This document shows, one piece after another, positions 42,922 through 56,600 of a DNA stretch of 64,000 nucleotides. Both the position numbers and the translations under genes were made by a program. The notes beneath the pieces were generated by a model that was not told where the DNA came from, searched no databases, and worked only from the letters and a program-made list of their open reading frames with translations. This DNA is from Lingula anatina (lineage: Eukaryota; Animalia; Brachiopoda): contig CM120641.1 in assembly GCA_051362555.1 (NCBI GenBank), positions 20,398,001-20,462,000 of the forward strand. The letters run 5' to 3'. The stretch's first letter is position 1, and every line of letters begins with the position of its first letter.

Positions 42922-44162
42922 CATAGGTAAATCAACTTGGGCAGTTACTTATTTTGCTGTCTAGTAATCCCAAGATTATTTTGCTGTTAAGTAATCCCAA
43001 TAACAAACTTAAACTGTGCTACATATAAGTAACATGCATGATAATTTTATCTTTGAGCAAAATACAATTATGCATACACAAAAAAGGATACTTGACAAAA
43101 TCTACTGGAAATTCCTTCAAAAGTGCAAGGGCTTGGGTTTCAACAAATGAAGAGACCTCAAAACTCCTGTTTCGTTCTAAAATATAATAAATTAATGTGA
43201 TCACAATCTATATAAGAATGCGAAAAAAAATTAACATGAACATCTAACCATCATTTAAATATAATGAAACAAAAATTAATATAAATAAATAAGTAAATAA
43301 AATAAATAAAAAAGAAAGAAACTTGAATTTAATAATTCTCAAAGACCAAATCTAGGAGGTATCAAAAAAGGCTTTAGGGGATTATATGCAGCCAAAATTT
43401 TTAATGACATCCTGCAAGAAATCCCTCTAGACTTTTCCTATAAAATTTTGGTGACTATGATACAAACTTACTTTCTGATATATCAAAGGAATGGAAATGT
43501 ACTGGTGTAATATAGTTCACTAAATCTGACATCTCCTGGCCTGCCTCTGCTTCAGACCCTGCCGTGCCCTGTAATTATATATTGAACATATATTCGTAAC
43601 TTTCACTTATTTATAGATCTTGTTTACAATTACACACACTTTATGAAATATGTCTTAACAATTAACATGGAAGAAAGCACAAATTTAAAACAATCTAAAA
43701 GTAACCATAGATGTAAAACTTTATGGTTAAATGTGCACGATTACTTACCAGTATAGCAAGAAGAAAGAGAAATCTTAATCAACAGGATTTGCACTTTTTG
43801 TACCCTTTTATCTTTTTTTTTTTTTAAATTGTTAATGCTCTTCTTGCCTTTTCTTTCTTCATCCTTTGCCTCCGCTTCTCTTCCTCTTCAGTAAGTCCAG
43901 CAATGTCATCATCATCACTATCACTGTCAGAATCTGATTCTAATTCTCCGTCAGCTGAGGTGTCATCTCCATTCTTCATTGTTTGATCAGTATCTAACGA
44001 TGACTGCTTCTTGACCTCACAATTGGGGACGCCAGGACTGGAACTGTTGACCAATGCACTGGTCACTGTGATACCATTTTTCTGATTGGCTACCACTGGA
44101 TCAGGCACTTTTGCTGAAATGAAGATAAAAAAATACTTATCTAGCTTCAATCAAGTTTTCTA

Positions 44163-44219
<57 letters not shown>

Positions 44220-46132
44220 TTTCATATTAGCCAACATGTCATTTAATTTCATGTCAGCTGTACAGTTTTACTGGATACTGAACTCAAATGCCTCAGTATT
44301 TCACAATCAACATGCACCACTACTGCATTCAGCTCACTTGGAGCATATTCTGTTAAATACTTGCAGCAGCTACTGAAATGTGCAGAGATATGATATTAAA
44401 TATTAAGAAATTGTGCAGTTGTTCTCATTATCTCTGATAAAACATTCTTCATTCTTTTACTATTTTCTACTGATTTAACATTGTGAAATATATATTTGTT
44501 TTCATTGTGTTTTGTGCAATGATGGTCAAAAAGTGAATCAAGCCACTAGAGGAAGGGTCAAAAAGTGCTTAGTATTCAGAGAAAAAGAGATAAGTAGCTT
44601 TAGAAACAACTGGAGCAATGGAGCAAAGCCAGTAAAAATTTTAATATGATGAGCTCCTACTGTGAAATATTTGCCTCTCCAATTATTTTCTCTACTTCAG
44701 ATAAAGCTCTGCAACTTGTTCTATATCTATTACATAATTATTTCAGGAAACAAAAGGACATGTTTGGCGCACCTTTATGTTTCTTCTTATTTTTCACTAG
44801 AATCTTTCTCTTCAGCATCTCAGGTGAAGGGAGAGAGGAATCAGGCTTCAACTAAAAAGAATAGTTAATATTCTCTTATCTGGACTAATGCAAGTACTGG
44901 CCCATAACCTGTAAAATACTCAGACATGTGGAAAATTATAGATCTTATGCTTTCCTTTTTTTGTAAAATAGATGATAAGTGCAAATGTTTCACCAAACAT
45001 GTTTTAAACATTTTTTATTAAAAATTACACATAAAATAAGAGTGACCACATGAAATTTTGATTTGCCATATTCTTTTCTTTGAGAAAAAAATCGCCTTAA
45101 AAAATTATATTCACAGACAAGTCCTCAATACTTACCGGATACCCTTCTACGGGCTCTGTTACTAGCATATCACCAAATATACTGCGACAGTAAGCAGCCA
45201 TCTTGGCCTGCTGTTTGAGTCTAGTTGACAGAAAAGAGGAACAGAAAAAAAGTCTTAGGGTCAAAAGGAAATAAAACATTTGAATACCATAAAATGTGTA
45301 AAATGTAAATATATAATATTAAATGTAAAGTGTTTTTAGAACAATATTATATGAACTTAGCACCTCTCTTTCTGGGACAACATATGCAGCCATCTTATTG
45401 TCTGCTCAACAAAATCCCTGGAGATAAATGGTTGCAAATACTCCACTGCATGGTGTTTGAGATTTTGCAACACCTGCTCAAGTATTTTATGGTGCTATGA
45501 ACTATACATGACTCTTCTAAAACTTGTAAGGTGAATAAAGGTTTTAGTGAAAAAAGTACAGTTAATGTGTCAGATAAGTGAAACCAGGTGAAGAGCACTT
45601 AAGTTCATGATCCCACATCTATATAGAGAAAGTGCCCTCCCTGTACATGCCCCTAAATAAGTAGCACCAGTGGGCACATGCTGTTCAGAATTGCACGTTA
45701 AATTTTTCCATTAAGAATATCAGTGTATGTATATGCATTTATCTCATACATTGTATGAGTGCATGTATATGTAATATAATTTTCCCATATTATGGTTTCC
45801 TTTCTTAGTTTGAAATATCCAAAAGTCAAAACTGAATGTTTTTTATTTCATCACTTTCTAATTTGTTGGCAACATGTTGAAGGTGCCTCTTAAAAAATGG
45901 CATTTCAAATTTCAATAATAATAATGCCTCTCATGTAACACTGATGGGCATAGTATTTGCTATGATCTAAGTACATTGTTAATAAAAACTTTGAGAGATA
46001 ACATTTTACCAAGATCACAATGTAAGTGGCAAAAAATTAGTAGCACAATATTTCTGGAAGAAAACAAGAGTACAACATTGCCTTTTTGGGTTAAGTAAAA
46101 TGTACAAACCAGCTAATACTTAGAGTAAAAAA

Positions 46133-46178
<46 letters not shown>

Positions 46179-49100
46179 ATGCGTGTGTGTGTCATATTTA
46201 TATGGCTATTCTAATTGCAATATAAATATTTAATCAATGAGAGAGCACAGAGTTCCATATGCTGATGTGGAATGAACATGAAATGAGAGTACTGTATGTG
46301 GTGAGTGTTGCATATTGTAATGTAATTAACATATCTCCCATAATGCATTGTTCCTTCTCTACCAGTTAGCCAGCATGGCTGGATGTGTTATGTAATAAAT
46401 GAGTTATTAAAAAATGTAAACTTGAGTTACATAACAACAGAAAAACTACGACATGGTGTCAGAATCGGGATCTACATTGGATGTAGCATAATTTGGAGAT
46501 TGGATGACCCACAAACTACAAGATAAAAACGGATTTAGAATCACTAAAAAAAAAGGAAAAAAAAAAATGGAGCACATGTATGGGATACAGCCGCCTCACA
46601 TGGACTGGGAATCCATGGACTTACCGCGTACGCTCAAACTTTTCAAGGAAAAGTGTGAATTGATATTTGAAGGACCTTTAGATGCTGTGTCAGAGGAAAG
46701 ACAAGTGAAATTTCTTCTCCTTTGGATCGGAGAAAAAGGCCGCGAAATTGTGAAAACTTTTAACATTGATGATCCAGACGTGTTGACCTCGTATTGGCAA
46801 AAATTGGAAGAATACACAAAGCCCAAGAGTAACTTTCGAATTCAGAGATTTAAACTTAGAGCATGCAGACAAGAAGCAGGTGAGAGCATTGATTCTTTTG
46901 TCAGACGAATCAGACTCGTGGCAAATGAATGCAAATATACCGATGTTGATCAACACATAATTGACACTCTCATTTTTGGCACTAACTCGGAGCGAATTCA
47001 GGCGAAATTATTACAAAGAGAGGACGATTTGACTCTAGATCAGGCTCTTGTCATTGCACGAACAGAGGAAGCAACTAAGAAACAGATTGAGGATCTTCAC
47101 AGTACATCGGCAAAGGAAATTCACGCACTACGGCCAAGTGGAAACAGTCAAAGAGGGAGACCGCGTTACAGACAGCCACAACCTCGCACTCCTCACCAGC
47201 AAACTCAATCAAGGGTACCAAACAAACAACGCTCACGACAGCCACTGCAAGAATGTGGTAAGTGTGGAACTGAACATGTTTTTCAACAGTGCCCAGCTAA
47301 AGGTACAATTTGTCTCAGATGTGGCAAGCCAGATCACTGGAAAAGGGTATGTAGAACAAAAACAGTAACTGCATCGACCCATAGTAAAACTGTGCATTCA
47401 GTAGCAAATGAAAGTGACAGTAGCAGTGTAAACCTTGACTCTATATATGTAGATAGTATTCAGTCAAAACAGTACCCAGTTAAGCCATTTGCTGACATTG
47501 AAGTTAAAGTTGGGAACTCTACTTCAACATTACGTTGCAAAATAGACACTGGTGCTGAAGGAAATGTAATACCACTGTCTTCTTTCAAAAAACTTGCAAT
47601 TCAGCAACCACTAAAGCCTACGAATGACACGATTACTGCATATGGTGGCAGTAAGTTACCAGTATGTGGAATAGCAACATTGACATTCACAAATGACAAG
47701 GTCATGGTGACCTCAGACAGCTATATTGTGGACTGTGAAGGACCAATTATACTAGGAATGGAAACCAGTCAGAAACTGGGACTTGTTACTCTGAACATAA
47801 ATACAGTGACAAGACAGTCCATACTATCAGAGTATAAGGATATCTTTGAAGGTATCGGGAAATTGGATGGGGAATATCACATAAATATTGACCCCACTGT
47901 TTCTCCTGTTGTTCACCCACCACGGCGTGTACCTATTGCATTGCAGCCAGCACTCAAGGATGAGTTGGACTCTCTCGTTGAGCAAGGGATCCTGTCACCA
48001 GTCACACAACCAACGAAATGGGTAAACTCGTGTGTATGTGTTACTAAACCCAATGGAAAAATACGTCTCTGCCTGGACCCAAAAAACTTAAATACGGCAA
48101 TTAGACGTCCACACCACTACACACCAACACTGGATGACATCCTACCTCAACTGAGTGGCGCGCGTTATTTCAGTATACTTGACCTTCGGAGTGGGTATTG
48201 GAATATCACGTTAGATGAAGAAAGTTCTCTTCTGACTACCTTCAATACGCCCTTCGGAAGATTTAGATACAACAGACTACCCTTTGGCCTCTCGTTATCT
48301 CAAGACGTCTTCCAGGCCAAGATTGAAGAAGTATTCAAAGACATTCCAGGGTGTACCGGAATCGCCGACGACCTCATCATAGCAGGTTGGCAGGAAGACG
48401 GATCTGACCACGATGCGACTCTGCGTGTAGTATTAGATACAGCCAGAAAAAAGGGGATATGCTTTAATGAAGACAAGATGATTCTTAGAAAGGAGGAAAT
48501 TCCATTCTTCGGTCATATTATAGGAAAAGACGGGCTAAAACCAGACCCAGCAAAGGTAGAAGCCATTAATGTAATGAATGAGCCGAGAAATGTATCGGAA
48601 CTACAAACATTCCTTGGGATGACCAATTATCTAAGCAGATACATTCCCCACATGTCTCAACTTACAAGCAGTCTCAGAGACCTGTGTAAGAAGGATAGTG
48701 TTTTTCAGTGGAATGCTGAACACAGTATTGCATTCAATGAGATTAAAAGAGAAATAGCAAACGCAACCAACCTACAATTCTACGACAGTAGCAAGTCACT
48801 TACACTCCAAGTTGACGCTTCATCTTATGGATTAGGAGCTGCCTTAATCCAGGATAAAGGCCCAGTTGCATATGCTAGCAAAGCACTCACAGAAACAGAG
48901 TCACGTTACTCCAACATTGAACGCGAGATGTTAGCAGTAGTGTTTGGTCTTGAAAAGTTTCACCATTATGTCTATGGTAGACATGTTAAAGTAGAGACTG
49001 ATCACAAGCCTCTAGAAGCCATTTTCAAGAAGCACCTACACAACGCACCACCGCGTCTGACCCGCATGTTGCTGAGAACGCAGTGTTATGACACAGAGAT

Positions 49101-52100
49101 TGTGTATGTCCCAGGCAAAAACATAGGACTAGCTGATGCCCTCTCTCGCATGAAACCTTGTGATGGTGACGACATCAAAGGACTTGACATTACAGTACAT
49201 GAATTACACTCGTACATGAACGCAAGTCCAACACGCATTGAGCAAATTCGCGAGGAAACTAGTAAGGAACCACAGCTAGCAGCTCTTCGTGAAATGATTT
49301 CTGTAGGATGGCCAGCTACACGCAGCGAGTGTCCAGAAATTCTTCACCCATACTGGAACTACCGTGATGAGTTAGGCATCGCAGATGGAATCATAATGAA
49401 GGGGAATAGGATGATTATTCCTACAGTACTTCGCCCTGACCTACTTAAACAGCTACATTATGCCCACCAGGGAGTGGAGAAATGTAAGCAACGTGCAAAA
49501 TCGTCTGTATTCTGGCCTGGCATGAATAATGATATTGAGCACACAGTCGGACTGTGTCCACCTTGCCAGAAACACCAAGCTGCCAACAGTAAGGAACCCT
49601 TATTGCCAGCAGATGTACCTCCCCGCGCATGGCACACATTAGCAGCAGATTTGTTCTATTGGAGACAAACTGACTACTTATTAGTTGCTGACCAGTACAG
49701 CAAATATCCCTTAGTGCGGAAACTTCCAAATACATCATCAGGCAGTGTAATTGCACACTTAAAGAGCATATTCGAGGAGCATGGCATCCCTGAGATTCTT
49801 AAAACTGACAATGGACCTCAGTTTTCATCAGAAGGATTCAAAAACTTCGCAAACACTTGGGGATTTACGCACATCACATCCTCACCTATGTATCCGCAGT
49901 CAAATGGATTCATAGAACGAATGGTACAGACTGTTAAAAGTCTATTTCAGAAAGCATGGGAATCGAATTCAGATCCCCACCTATCCATGTTATGTCTTCG
50001 CACAACACCCATTGATCACAACCTACCAGCGCCTTGTGAGTTATTGAATAACCGGAAGTATAAAACGAATATTCCCGCTGGACAGTCACAGTTGAACACC
50101 GACTACAATGTAGCATTACAGAAGAGACAGGAGGCAAGTAAAACACACTATGATCAGCATGTCAAACCACTTGCACCTTTACATGAAGGAGAATTTGTTC
50201 GCATGTATGACACTCAGAATAATACATGGCAACCTGCCAAAGTTAAAACTGTATCAGACAAACCAAGATCTTATTATGTGGAATCCAATGGTGGAAATTA
50301 CCGACGCAACAGGAAACACATTCATAAGACAAAAGAACATTTTGATTTCAGAAACAATGAGATTGAGGAAACTGATGAACCTCTTGTTGACATTACAAAC
50401 ACAGAGACTGTTACAAAATGTGAAACACCTCAATCTCAACCCTTACGCAGATCAAGCAGGAACATTAAACCTCCAGAGAGACTGAACTTATGAATAAATT
50501 CAGTAATAGTGACTGTAACAAGTCAGTTGTGAAAGTGTCACAAATTGACTGTAATTTGAATAAGCTTAATCATAATTGTTTCATTTATGAACTCTGGACT
50601 TGAGATTCTGTTGACTTTTGTGTTAAAACAAAAAAACAAAAAAAAAAAACATTTACATGTGCCTATGAACTGTGAACATTGAAATGTCTTGGAGACAAAG
50701 ACAACACGGACAGTGAACTGATTGTTTATTAGCAACTTAAAAAAAAAATAAATAATAATTCCAGGATTTATTTTTATTAAAAAAAAAAGGGAGATGTTGC
50801 ATATTGTAATGTAATTAACATATCTCCCATAATGCATTGTTCCTTCTCTACCAGTTAGCCAGCATGGCTGGATGTGTTATGTAATAAATGAGTTATTAAA
50901 AAATGTAAACTTGAGTTACATAACAACAGAAAAACTACGACAGTGAGAAGTAAATTAACACGATACTTGTGTTAGTACATTGTGGGCAGAAAATCCCTGT
51001 GCATTATTTGTCAGAAGGTAATGTTCACCTAGATGAAACTAAGAGATGTGAAAATGCCCTAAGACTTCATTATCTCTGCCAGAGAGGAAATGCTTTTGCC
51101 TTTGTTGGATCATCAGTAAACAGCTAGCCTAATTCAAAAATTTAAGGATGGATCTTGATAAAATTTTTCAGATAGATCAGAAATGGGCACACTTACAATC
51201 AGTAAGATTTTGGTGACAATCCAAATGATTAATTAACTCATAATGACATTACAACTACCTTGGCTAAGGTCTGTGCTGAGTGTTTTTTTTTTAGTTCACG
51301 AAAATGATTAGCACTTTTATCTACAAATCTCTAAGTATAGATGAAATTACTATTGTCACACAAGTGACCAAGGAGGGTGCAATATTAATATGTTATCTAG
51401 ACCAGAGATATGTTAGATGTAGATGTAAGCTATGTAATAATACAGGTCTCATTTGATAAGGTGAATCGAGCTGTCAACTTCAATATAGATCTAATCCATT
51501 TCAGTGTGGCAAACTTCATCTATATTTTGCGATAATTGCTGTATACTTGCCATCATGTACCAATTACTGAATCAACAGGCTTGTGCCCTTTTCAAAATCA
51601 ATATCCTTTTTCATAATATAGTATATCAAACATGGGAGATCAACAGTAACACCCCAGTGATTATACTGAGCTTCCATTTCTTGCCCTTCTTTTTCATTAC
51701 TGAAGTTGAAACCATAAATATTTTAACTAGCAGGGCTTCATCAAAAAAATAAAGATGTGATTTCATATACAAAGTATACATCACATATCTATGCCTAATT
51801 GCTCCGTGAAGCAATACTCATCAGCTGAACAGGGGCGGATTTAGGCCGTCTTCTGGGTCTTTCGGAAGACAGTCAGATTTTCAAGTTTACATTGACAGGT
51901 ATCTATTTTTTCTGTCGGAAGACGGTCAAGAACGGAGGATGGATCAACAAAGACAATTTGGAAGACTGTCAGAAAATATATCTGGATCTGCCCCTGCTGA
52001 ATATAAAATGCCTGTTTCTATCTATAATTTTATCTTGATACAAAGGGATGAAGCTTCGTGTTTAATGAGTACATAATATTTTACGTCTATGCATTTTCGT

Positions 52101-53602
52101 CTATAAAATAAATAATAATAATAAAACAGCATTATGCCAATGTCTCATTGTGTATTTGTTCAATCAGTTCAAAGAACCTACATATATCTGCTCAAACCAT
52201 GGCTTTGAAGTTAACCAATAGGGAAGAATAGCCAGGTAGGCATTGATGTATAAATAAAATCAAAATATTAAAATTTTGGGGTCACCAAGCAAATAGTCTA
52301 AATAAATTGATGATGTATGAGAAACAGCGGAACTTCTTATCCTTTCCATGAAAAAATTTAGACACTTAAATTCCAAATCAATTTATTTGACCTGGAATGC
52401 TTTTGTTGTTGTAGTTGTTGTTGATACTGTTGTTGAAAACATGATTAGCAGGTTTCTGTTTTCAACTTACGTGCAATGGTTCTCAAAAGATAAGATCACA
52501 GGGTATTCTGATGTTTTAAATGCACTTTCTGCTATTGCTTCAATGACTTCCTACAAAAATAATGTAAAATTGAAGCAGACATTAGTCATGATATATCCTA
52601 TAACAAATTCACCAAATAAGTATAATTTTTCACAAAACTGGTTATAAATTGGCCATATTTTATCAAACTTTATAGAATGAATTTGTTCTTAACAAATCCT
52701 CATCAGCATTAAATGGAGACTGCTTGTGAAAGACTAGAAACCAGAGCTCTTCAGAAAGTTATCTTCAAAAAACAAAAGCCACTTTCAAATTATTATATCT
52801 GTGTTATCAATAAGATTGCTCATGCTTCCAACCAATTTTATTTAACCAAATTCTAGTGGGCATTCAGCCTGATGATGTTCTTGTCACAAGGGCAAAATTT
52901 AGCCGTAAAACCACTTTTTTCATGCCAAAGTAACTGATGACTATCACTAAAAGGTTATTAAATATATGTGTTATAAGATATATCACATGAGCAACATAAA
53001 CTGTTAGAAGGTTTTACATCCTATTTAAAATAGCATGTGAAAAGGTTCAAAGGAATAACATTAACTAGCATATCAGTTTAATTTATATATATCAATGTCA
53101 AAATTAGAATACAATATCCATGCTAAAATTGTATTTGTTAAAACCATTCAATTAATCTGGTTCAATAATGCTTTCAACACAGCTATTTTATGCCACAGGC
53201 ATTTCCTGGTTACCTGACAGTATTACCTTGAAGGAGATTTCAGTGCACATGGTATATCCATGAGTTATCATAGGTTCTTCATCGGCACCCTTTCCATCCC
53301 AGCAATCCAGTTCTATACAGCGACACCCACTCAGCAGAACCTGTCTGTACATTTCTACAGAGGATTTCCCCGTCAGCTGATTTTCTGGATAAAAAAAGAA
53401 AGTGGAAGATTAATTCTGAATCAACAGAAAAAGGTTTCAGAATTTACGAGTCTACTGCAAGTAATCTTATATAATGCAAAAGTGCAAATGAATGTTAAAC
53501 TGTCAGTTTATTTTTGGATAAAAAAAGCAGAAATAAAGACAATGAAACATGCAACAGGCTCAATGTTTAATTTGGAGATTTAAACTTGATGTGTGTGTGT
53601 GT

Positions 53603-53648
<46 letters not shown>

Positions 53649-56600
53649 AAGTGTGTGTATATTTGCTTGTTTTTTTTCTGCTTTCCAATTTTTAATATTT
53701 TTGCAAACTGCAAGAAGCATAGAATAGTCAGTAAAATATATTTGGGCTGACATCACATATCACAGTTGGTTTATCATTGCAAATTGACAATGCTTTGAAG
53801 ACATACTTTACAGTTTGTTATTGCAACTCCCAGAATCTCATATCCACATACGTGTATACACGAGGACATATGCTCAAACGCAATTTTGTCCGGAATTATC
53901 AAAATGAACTGCCTACGCTTCTCACACCTCAAATTACAGGCTTAGCACCTCATTATTTTGTTATCTTATCTTTCACAAATCACTTCCTTAATTAAACCAT
54001 TATCCATCGGTCCACCGATATAATCATTTCAGTGACCAATATCACTAAAGAAGATCATCACTGGGCCATTCACCTATAGAGTTCGGCTGTTACAACAGGA
54101 AAAATGCTGCTAAATCTTTTCTTGAAGTTGTGACAGTCATAAAATGCAGATATTATATTTCATCATGTCTTCTGATTTCGACCCAATGTGTTAATTACAT
54201 AGGAGACCAAATAGCAATCTCAAACATGTAATTGTTGGGAAAAATACTAAGCACAAAAAAAATCTATCACCGAAATGATATCAATTTGTTGCCATCTTAC
54301 CATGCAGACAGTAAATGACTTTGTAAGTCCAGATAAAGATTTTCAATTAAGTTCTCAACAATAAATATACCAACAAATATTAAACTTTCCACTCAATGAT
54401 TATGTGAGAAATAAATGATTCTGCCATCATTATTGACATGATAAGACAATGTACATGTAAATTCTGCCAAATTCCACTGAGCACAAGCAAATGACATCAA
54501 ACTTCTGTTAAAAAGCCATGTTATATAAAAAGAAACTCCCAATGTTAAGCTTTTTATGATGTAAAAAATGAAAGATGTGAATATTCCACTAAGAAATAAA
54601 TTTATTGATTCAAATAATAGCAAAAAAGTTGTCATCAGTGTGATCTTTAAAAAAAATCTCACACAATGAGTATTTTAACTTTAACTTTTTAATATTATTT
54701 ATATAAATATGGCAAAAAAGTTATTTTCATGGAGGTGCAATACTTTTCTCCTAAGCACCAAGGTACACCATATCCTGACCACAGACTTATTATCCAGTTT
54801 GACTTTTAAGATCTTAGTTTTTTGTTTTTGCATAGGGTACGCCTTAATGAAAATGGGAATTTTTCTTTTTGTTATATAAAGGTCACAAAGGTTATATAAA
54901 GGTGCGTTATATGGTTTTCAGACTAGTCATTATTCTGTGGGCCAGGTTGACAAGTTCTTTTACCTGTAAGGTAGGTATTATGTGAGGAATTAATGAAGTA
55001 ATGCGACAAGGGCCTATTCATATCCATGCTGAGGTCCAATCGTTCGTCAGGGATCAGGTTGTTTTCATCACTCATGAGGTAACGTAAAAACCCATCTCTT
55101 GAAATGTGACCTGGAAAATAGAACAAAAATTGCATTTTATTTCACTTTACACAATAAAAAATTAAAGCATAGGCAAGAAATTAGACTAGAAAGAATTGTA
55201 ATAAATGAATTTATGAAACATATTTTTCTAAAATTAAAGATGAGATACTGTGGCTGTTGCCCTTTAATTAGATATGGCACACAACAGTTTCACACTCCAG
55301 TAAAACTACAATATCACCCATCGCTCACTTTCAATTTCAAGCTTGAGATGCTCTGAAAGCTTTGAAAAGCAACAAACACATAAATCTCAACAAGTGGCAA
55401 ATATTAGATAAGTAATATCAATAACGCCCACATTTTCAATTAAATCTCGCCAAAAACATATTTGGGCTCAGCTTCAAGGCACTTCTTCAATGACTAACAC
55501 TGTTTGGGACATACCAGTATCATCATTATTACACAACATTCTGCTTGTCAGGCTGTAAACATCACTTTGCCCTATCTACTCAGCACTTGACAGGTTACAC
55601 TGACACACATACTCTTCTTTGGCTAGTGTGCTTGCTTTTAATAAAGAAAGGTTGTGAAAATCAAATATGCTAGTACAAAATTTTGATTCACAAATGGTTT
55701 AGCTACTTCCCTATTTTTCATGGTTTTGGAAAATTGATACATTTACCTTTCTGTGCCATAGACCTGTTGAACTCAAATTTATTTATGATTTCTTGGACTT
55801 GGCTCTGTGACATATATGGGTATAATACTTCATTAAGTCTTGGATCTCGTTGGGTCTTGTTGATAAGTTCCATAAACTGCTCCAGAGTGAGATAGGGCCG
55901 CTTTTTGGCACCTCTGCAGAATAATATGAATAGTGATACGTGACACTGACCAAGGCAAAATATATTATAGAACTCATTTAATTTCAAGAACATCTTTTGG
56001 GGGGTGGGGTTCATAAAGCAAAAACAAATTGTGAATATTGTTAAGAACACAACTATTAATATGGCAGAGAGATGAAGAGGACAACTGTCCCTTATACCTG
56101 ACAAAGCAAATATAGACAAAATGTTGACTTTTAGTTAAATATGATTAATTTTAAGAGGACACAGGGTCTTTTTTATAGTATGTCCATCCGTTCTCAAAAT
56201 GCTCATTTAACAGCTACTGCACGCAACTTTAAGACCACAAGCTTATGCAGAACAAAGCTAATTTAGTATAAATAATGTCTGAACTTGTAATTGTAATCAA
56301 GCTGATTTGCACAGAACATCATAAACATTTTCAGTATCTATATTCAACTGACTGCTTTTTTTTTTTTTTTTTTTTTTGGCCTGTTCCTTAGCAGAATCCC
56401 ATTTCGATTACAATAAGAACTGTTTATTATATTCAAATTAAATATGGGATTGGTCTATCAAAGCTTAATTTGAAAGGCGCCACAATAGATATGTATGTTA
56501 TATTACATTCGGTAATAAATGATACTTACATTTTGTCAAAGATTTGATCTATATCACTTCTAATGGTTAGATGTCTATAAACATTGTACATGTCATTGAA

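Larger units (their letters stand above)
40844..43091 (-). other. U12-type (minor spliceosome) GT-AG intron
   Basis: 5' splice site GTATCCTTT; branch site TTTTCTTAAC (40854-40863) 8 nt upstream of the AG; no polypyrimidine tract. Confidence 0.92.
46306..50942 (+). mobile_element. Full-length Ty3/Gypsy (Mag-like) LTR retrotransposon, 4637 bp, antisense within a PLC-beta intron
   Basis: TG..CA LTRs, 5-bp TSD GTGAG (46301-46305 and 50943-50947), PBS, PPT, intact gag-pol. Confidence 0.97.

Noticed and set aside
46596-50485. Short alternative-frame and antisense ORFs within the retrotransposon
   Set aside because: Shadow ORFs of gag-pol; nothing env-like follows the integrase.
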